The position numbers and the translations under genes were made by a program. Below the pieces are notes generated by a model. That model searched no databases, had not been told where the DNA came from, and was given only the letters and a program-made list of their open reading frames with translations. 64,000 nucleotides of DNA from Acidimicrobiia bacterium (GTDB lineage Bacteria; Actinomycetota; Acidimicrobiia; Spongiisociales; Spongiisociaceae). Positions 57,253 through 64,000 of the stretch are shown in pieces. The stretch is taken from NCBI GenBank assembly GCA_041576165.1, contig JBFGLM010000007.1:1-64000 (forward strand), in the 5' to 3' direction. Within the stretch, counting starts at the first letter, position 1. Each line of letters starts with the position of its first letter.

Positions 57253-57854
57253 TGCAATTCGAGTTCACCGACGTCGACCGTCACACCCACGATCTCCAGA
57301 TGGAGCGGTTCGCCGCCGCGGCGTTCGGTGAGGATGGACCGGCCAAGCTGGCCTACGCCACGTTCGGGTCGCCGATCGGGACGCTGCTGGCGGCCGTTAC
57401 CCATGGCGGACTGGTGCGGATCGGCTTCGAGAGCGAGGGGACCGATGACGTTCTCGACAGCCTTGCCCGCAAGATCTCTCCGGCGATCGTTGAGCTGCCG
57501 GCCGCGCTCGCCGGGGTGAAAGAACAGCTCGATCTCTACTTCGCAGGATCGCTCCGCACCTTCGATCTACTGGTCGACCGCCGGTTGTTCACGCCTTTCC
57601 AGGAGAAGGTGCTCGCCGCAACATCCTCCATCCCGTGTGGTGAAGTCCTCAGCTACGGGCAGGTGGCCGCCCTGGTCGGGAAGCCCGGTGCCGCGCAGGC
57701 CACCGGCCAGGCGCTCGGCGCCAATCCGATTCCGGTGGTCATTCCCTGTCACCGTGTGGTGGCCGCTGATGGTTCGCTTCATGGATACGGCGGCGGGCTG
57801 GACCGCAAACGATTTCTACTGGAACTCGAACAGGGGGCCGCCCGGCTGTTCTGA
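57249..57854 (+). CDS. ogt: Methylated-DNA--protein-cysteine methyltransferase with N-terminal extension
   Basis: SPIGTLL, FQEKVL, SYGQVA, NPIPVVIPCHRVV, YGGGLDRK. Confidence 0.94.
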   Translation: MMQFEFTDVDRHTHDLQMERFAAAAFGEDGPAKLAYATFGSPIGTLLAAVTHGGLVRIGFESEGTDDVLDSLARKISPAIVELPAALAGVKEQLDLYFAGSLRTFDLLVDRRLFTPFQEKVLAATSSIPCGEVLSYGQVAALVGKPGAAQATGQALGANPIPVVIPCHRVVAADGSLHGYGGGLDRKRFLLELEQGAARLF

Positions 57855-57988
57855 TGACTCCGCCGAGTTTGCGCCTGACCCGCTTGGGTAGGTCGGCCCT
57901 AGATATAGGGTCTTTCCGCTGCGGTTCGAGCTCAGAACCCACGTTACCTTTGGCCCATATGTTGCGGTCGGTGCGACGAAAGGTCGGC

Positions 57989-58456
57989 ATGATGACAACT
58001 GACGATGCTGGTCGGGCATTCGACTTCCTCCAGATCGCCACTGAGGACAGCGGAGCTGAGAACGTCCTCGATGAGTTTGTCGACCTTTTCAACGCCCGCG
58101 ATCTCGATGCGCTGGCATCGCTGGTCTCGGAGGATCTCGACGCCGAGTTCCTGAAGGTGGCGGGTCGGGAGGGTGCCATGCAGGCGCTCGAGAATCTCTT
58201 CATCCGCCAGCCTTTCACCGTCGCCACCCGGGGTGAGCTTGGGCTCGAACCGATTGCCGCCCTCTGGCAACCCACCGGTGAAGACGGGAGCGGCTACGTC
58301 GTGGTGGGGTATCTCGTCTTCGAGTGCTCCGACGAGGACGAACCGCTCATCACCCGGGTTGAGTATTTCGAGGAATTGGAGGACGTGCTGCTGGAAGAGC
58401 CGGACGGCGTGATCGAGGGTCTCGACTGGGACCTCGCCGACCTGGACCGATCGTGA
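57989..58456 (+). CDS. Acidic hypothetical protein (SnoaL/NTF2-like N-terminus)
   Basis: VLDEFVDLFNARDLDALASLVSED; SD GAAAGG. Confidence 0.7.
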   Translation: MMTTDDAGRAFDFLQIATEDSGAENVLDEFVDLFNARDLDALASLVSEDLDAEFLKVAGREGAMQALENLFIRQPFTVATRGELGLEPIAALWQPTGEDGSGYVVVGYLVFECSDEDEPLITRVEYFEELEDVLLEEPDGVIEGLDWDLADLDRS

Positions 58457-58478
58457 CGTGCTGATTCCAGCCGGCTGA

Positions 58479-58949
58479 TCAGACCCCGCGGCCGAGCTTG
58501 ACCAACACCGCGTCGGTGGTCAGCTCGACGCCGACATAGATTCGGTCGGGCGGTTCGGTCAGCCAGGTGGTCACGAGGTCGTCACTGCTCGATTCGTACG
58601 AGACCGGCTGATCGAGCGATTCGGCGTACGCCGCATAGAACCTGATGATCTCGTCGTATCGATCGACCGGATACCGGAGATCCACGAGACGGATGACGCC
58701 GTCATCGGTGCGGCGTTCCATCGAGGCGATCCTGGTCGCTCCGTTGAGAACGGGAACCTCCAGCCCGGGCGGGAGCTCATCAGACACCCTGACGGTGCCG
58801 GTGTCATCTGTCACCGTGTAACCGCCGCCCTCGATGTCGACATGGCCGCCCAGCTCGTCCCCGAGTGCATCTTCCGCGAGACGCTCGGCGGCCGCGCTGC
58901 AACCTGTGCAAACGAGTATCAGCGTCAAGAGCAGAGCGGCCTTCGACAC
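58479..58949 (-). CDS. Hypothetical lipoprotein
   Basis: Signal peptide with CTGC lipobox-like end; leaderless -10 TAGCAT. Confidence 0.72.
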   Translation of the reverse strand: MSKAALLLTLILVCTGCSAAAERLAEDALGDELGGHVDIEGGGYTVTDDTGTVRVSDELPPGLEVPVLNGATRIASMERRTDDGVIRLVDLRYPVDRYDEIIRFYAAYAESLDQPVSYESSSDDLVTTWLTEPPDRIYVGVELTTDAVLVKLGRGV

Positions 58950-58973
58950 GGGGGTATGCTACGGCACCCATCT

Positions 58974-59007
58974 TGCATGATCATACATATCAATGCATAA
59001 TCTTGCA
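58974..59007. promoter_or_regulatory. Tandem ARG boxes over the argR promoter
   Basis: TGCATGATCATACA 58974-58987 and TGCATAATCTTGCA 58994-59007, 20-bp period. Confidence 0.85.
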
Positions 59008-59008
59008 G

Positions 59009-59472
59009 ATGGCAGGAACGGCGGCCCGGCACCGTGCGGTGCGTTCGATTTTGGCTCGCCATGTCGTCGCGAGTCAGGAGGATCTCGTTGGTCACCTCGC
59101 GGCGGATGGTATCGAGGTGACTCAGGCGACCATATCCCGCGACCTGCAGACGCTCGGTGCCATCAAAGCCCGCGACGCCGACGGGCACCTGCGTTACATG
59201 CTCGCCGACGGGTTTCGTCCCGGCGGTGAGGCGGAAGAACTGTTGGCCCGGTCGCTGGCGGAATTCGCGCTGTCAATCAGCTCGAGCGGCAATCTCGTAG
59301 TGGTGAAGACGCCCCCCGGCGCAGCGCACGTCGTGGCGAGCGGTGTAGACGGAGCGGCGCTGACCGGCGTAATGGGCACGGTGGCCGGAGACGACACGCT
59401 GATGATCGTGACCGATGAGGCGATTGGGGGTCGCGCGGTGGCAAAGGAACTCGAACGAATTGGAGCAGGCTG

Positions 59473-59473
<1 letters not shown>
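59009..59473 (+). CDS. argR: Arginine repressor
   Basis: [30 protein letters not shown]. Confidence 0.96.
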
Positions 59474-60675
<1,202 letters not shown>

Positions 60676-60730
60676 GCGGACATCCAACCGACGTTGGCGC
60701 GCCGGTCGACTTCGCCTCGGTGGGGGCAGC

Positions 60731-62083
60731 ATGATGTTGTGGTCGGGTGGCTTTTCGGAGCCGCCCGATGATGTGTTGTGGCGGTTCACGGTGGACCATT
60801 CCGACCGGCGCATGCTTGTCGACGACATTGCCGGATCGCTTGCGCACGTCTCCATGTTGGGCGAGGCGGGGCTGCTCGGCGGCGATGAAGTTGAGCAGAT
60901 AGTCGCGGCGCTCGAGACGATCCGGAACGAAGCGGACTCCGGGATCTTCGAGTATGTGCCCGAAGACGAGGACATTCACAGCGCCGCTGAGCGCCGGCTG
61001 GGAGAGTTGATCGGTCCGCTTGCGGGCAAGCTACACACCGGCCGGTCCCGTAACGATCAGGTCGCGCTCGATCTACGGCTGTACCTGCGCCGCAGTGCCG
61101 AGCAGCGAATTCACCAGCTCCATACCTTCGCAAGGGTGATGGCCGACCGGGCCGAGTCCGTCGGCGAGGCGGTGGTGCCGTCCTACACGCATCTCCAGCA
61201 GGCCCAGGCAGTTCCGCTCGCCCACCATCTGCTCGCGTACGCCTGGATGGCGCTGCGGGATGCGGATCGATTCGGCGATCTGTCGCGGCGGCTCGATGTG
61301 TCGCCCCTCGGGGCCGGGGCGGGCGGTGGCAGCTCGCTGCCCATCGATCCAGATCATGCGGCACGCCTGCTCGGCATGTCGGGGCGGTTCGAGAACTCCA
61401 TGGACGCCGTCGCATCGCGCGACCTCGCCGCCGAGTATGCGTTTTGTTGCGCGCAGGCGATGGTGCACCTGTCCCGGCTGGCGGAGGAGGTCGTCTTGTG
61501 GGCCTCAACTGAGTTCGGCTGGGCAAGCTTCGCCGACCGTTACACGACGGGCAGCTCTGCCATGCCGCAGAAGAAGAACCCCGATATGGCGGAGCTCACC
61601 CGCGGCCGGGCCGCGCCGGTCATCGGCCACCTCACCGCTCTGCTGGCGCTGCAAAAGGGCACGCCCCTGACGTACAACCGGGACTTCCAGGAGGACAAGG
61701 CGGCAGTCTTCGCAGCCGATGATGTGCTGGAGGGTGCACTCGAGGCCATGACGGCCCTGCTGGCCGGCGCCGAGTTTCATCCCCCGCTGCCGGGCGCGGC
61801 CGTGACCGCCTTGGATCTGGCGGAGACGTTGGTCGCTCGAGGCGTTCCGTTCCGCGAAGCCCATCATGCAGTAGGACGTCTGATCGGTCGCCTGGCGGCG
61901 GACGGGCGGGACCTGTCCGACGCCACCGTCACCGATCTGACGGCCGCGGACGCCCGCTTTCAGGAGGCCGACATGGTCCGGACCGATCCGGTCGAATCCG
62001 TACGATCCCGAACAAGCGCTGGTGGCGGCTCCTTCGAAAGCGCCCGCCAACAGATCGCCAACATCCGCCGGCGCCTCGGCTGA
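60731..62083 (+). CDS. argH: Argininosuccinate lyase
   Basis: LHTGRSRNDQV, YTHLQQAQ, GSSAMPQKKNPD, YNRDFQEDK. Confidence 0.97.
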   Translation: MMLWSGGFSEPPDDVLWRFTVDHSDRRMLVDDIAGSLAHVSMLGEAGLLGGDEVEQIVAALETIRNEADSGIFEYVPEDEDIHSAAERRLGELIGPLAGKLHTGRSRNDQVALDLRLYLRRSAEQRIHQLHTFARVMADRAESVGEAVVPSYTHLQQAQAVPLAHHLLAYAWMALRDADRFGDLSRRLDVSPLGAGAGGGSSLPIDPDHAARLLGMSGRFENSMDAVASRDLAAEYAFCCAQAMVHLSRLAEEVVLWASTEFGWASFADRYTTGSSAMPQKKNPDMAELTRGRAAPVIGHLTALLALQKGTPLTYNRDFQEDKAAVFAADDVLEGALEAMTALLAGAEFHPPLPGAAVTALDLAETLVARGVPFREAHHAVGRLIGRLAADGRDLSDATVTDLTAADARFQEADMVRTDPVESVRSRTSAGGGSFESARQQIANIRRRLG

Positions 62084-62315
62084 CCGCCCGAGGGTTTTTC
62101 CCGGTCAGTGGACGTCGGTGCGCGTGGCAGAGCCCTCCGGCGCCGGGTCCTACGCATCGTGACGGCGGGCCCAGATGACCAATCCCGATCCGCCTTCGCT
62201 CCGTATACAGGTGTAGCTCGTAGCCGCCGGGCCGTTACCTGCCCGGGCGCAGTCCGCGCCTTGTTCGGCGCACCCGCGCTGTGGCACTTGCGGGTGAGGA
62301 AGAGGCGCCGAACGC

Positions 62316-62348
62316 GAAATGCCCCGGGGCTCTGCCCCGGGGCATTTC
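62316..62348. terminator. 15-bp hairpin terminator downstream of the molybdo-enzyme gene
   Basis: GAAATGCCCCGGGGC-TCT-GCCCCGGGGCATTTC. Confidence 0.75.
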
Positions 62349-62366
62349 CATTGACCGCCACCGAGA

Positions 62367-64000
62367 TCAGCCGCCGGCTTCCTGGATCGCCTCCACTACT
62401 CGTTCGGGCGTGGCAGGGAGGGTTCGCATCCTCACCCCAAACGGCTCGAGGGCGTCGTCGATCGCGGAGAAGACCGCCGCCGGCGCCATCATCCGGCCGC
62501 CTTCGCCGCCTCCTTTGATGCCGTACGGCGTGTAAGGGGAAGGTGTCTCATGGTGGCCGCAGTTGACCGCCGGCACATCCATCGATGTCGGGATCAGATA
62601 GTTGAGGAACGTGCCGGACTGGAAGTTCCCGTCCGGGTCGTACACGAATTCCTCGTGAATGGCGGAGCCGATCCCCTGTGCCGTGCCGCCGATCATATGG
62701 CCTTCCAGCGACCGGGGATTCACCATCGTCCCGCAATCGTGGACCGCCGCATAGTCGAGGAAGTCGATCTTGCCGGTGTCCGGATCGACCTCGATCGCAC
62801 ACATGTGACAGGCATGGCCCATGAACGGATAAAACACGCCCAGATCCTTGCGGTCGTCCGACGGCATGGTCGTGTATGGATGGTCGAACACCTGCGACGC
62901 CTCCAATCCCGACTCAACATCCTCGGGCAGCGAGTGTTTGAAGAGGTGGGCCATGATGGCCACCTCTCCCAGCGTCTTGCGGGCCTCGGGGCTGCCTCTG
63001 ACCTGGATCCCGTTGTCGACCCATTCCAGGTCTCCGGGATCGGCCTCGAGCAGGTGGGCGGCGATCTCGAACGCCTTCTTTTTGATCTTGACCGAGGCCC
63101 CTTCAATGGCACCGGCAATCATCACCGTGAACCGGCTTCCGCCCGGGCCGGTTGCGGGGAGACCCTGACCCGAACCCGCATAGACCACGTTCACGGAACT
63201 CGGGTCGACGTCGAACTCCTCTGCGATCAACTGCGCCGCCATGGTCTCGGGCGAGTTGCCCCAGAAGGCGCACGAGTAGAGCGTGGCGGTGATGTTGCCC
63301 AACGCGTCGACGTCCAATGTCACGCTCTCGGGCATCGAGGTCACCGGTGCGCCGGGCTCGTCGAACCAGAACCAGAACTCCGTGGCGCTGAACACACTGC
63401 GTTCCTGGCAGGTCACCAGTCCCAGGCCGATATACCGGCCTTCCTCGCGGGCCTTGGCCTTCTCCGCCTGCCAGTAATCCCAGCGTCCCATCTCCAGTGC
63501 CTTGTCCAGGATTGGCTGGTAGTCGCCGGAGTCGTAGACGTTGCCGGTCGGGATGAAGTACGGGAACTCGTCCGGGCCGATGAAGTTCATCCGCCGGATC
63601 TCGCGCCGGTCCATACCCAGCTCGCGAGCCACCAGGTCGACCATCCGCTCCAGCATCCAGTTGTTGACTTCCGACCCGAATCCCCGATATGCCCCTTGCT
63701 GGTTCTTGTTGGTCAGCACGGCCTGAAGCTCGTATTGAACGGCTGCGATCTTGTACGGCCCGGTCACCTGTGCAAGTGCATTGCCGTGGTGGCCGACCCC
63801 GAACTGGATATAGGCCCCGTAGTCCTCAATGGTCCGCAGCCGCAGACCGAGTAGCGTTCCGTCCTTCTTCGCCGCCATCTCGACGTAGTAGATCCGGTCC
63901 GAACCCTGGTGGTCGTTGTTGGACAGGGCGTCGTGGCGATCCTCCATGTACTGGACCGGCGCACCGGTCGCGCGGGAACACATCCCGGCGATGGCGGCCG
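62367..64000 (-). CDS. Xanthine dehydrogenase/CoxL-family molybdopterin large subunit (3' part; frame open to window edge)
   Basis: GAYRGFG, YDSGDY, HDCGTMVNP, GGTAQGIG, IKGGGEGG. Confidence 0.9.
   Translation of the reverse strand, partial: AAIAGMCSRATGAPVQYMEDRHDALSNNDHQGSDRIYYVEMAAKKDGTLLGLRLRTIEDYGAYIQFGVGHHGNALAQVTGPYKIAAVQYELQAVLTNKNQQGAYRGFGSEVNNWMLERMVDLVARELGMDRREIRRMNFIGPDEFPYFIPTGNVYDSGDYQPILDKALEMGRWDYWQAEKAKAREEGRYIGLGLVTCQERSVFSATEFWFWFDEPGAPVTSMPESVTLDVDALGNITATLYSCAFWGNSPETMAAQLIAEEFDVDPSSVNVVYAGSGQGLPATGPGGSRFTVMIAGAIEGASVKIKKKAFEIAAHLLEADPGDLEWVDNGIQVRGSPEARKTLGEVAIMAHLFKHSLPEDVESGLEASQVFDHPYTTMPSDDRKDLGVFYPFMGHACHMCAIEVDPDTGKIDFLDYAAVHDCGTMVNPRSLEGHMIGGTAQGIGSAIHEEFVYDPDGNFQSGTFLNYLIPTSMDVPAVNCGHHETPSPYTPYGIKGGGEGGRMMAPAAVFSAIDDALEPFGVRMRTLPATPERVVEAIQEAGG

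Noticed and set aside
62084-62315. Possible ncRNA or tRNA after argH
   Set aside because: Only generic GC hairpins; no cloverleaf, T-loop or recognisable RNA family motif

Overview
High-GC window from an actinobacterium, probably Acidimicrobiia (inferred from gene order and protein style). It spans the replication origin: recF'-dnaN-oriC-dnaA, then rpmH-rnpA-yidD-yidC-jag-parS-rsmG-parA-parB, then the cwlM-trxA-trxB-antisigma-sigM-pseudokinase block. Further on are degV/GNAT/NUDIX/deacetylase/pilT-like/CCA-enzyme genes, an ~18 kb polyamine/amine uptake and catabolism region, an ECF41 module, an aryl-CoA ligase, a split arg operon without argF, and a partial molybdo-hydroxylase large subunit. 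The strongest hidden signal is an unannotated selenoprotein. Two ORFs (44114-44626 and 43394-44047, minus) are one PrdB/GrdB-like gene read through an in-frame UGA (PV-U-PLC), followed by a SECIS-like hairpin, with no reductase partner subunits in the window. Other notable points: three genes (rnpA, sigM, a hypothetical) whose apparently conserved N-termini lack ATG/GTG/TTG starts; a clear DnaA-trio unwinding element; a GNAT plus C45 hydrolase inside a polyamine operon; an ECF sigma coupled to Ogt; paired pseudoenzymes with no murJ; and frequent leaderless gene starts. No tRNA, rRNA, CRISPR array or transposase was recognised. All calls come from reading the sequence; no database searches were run.
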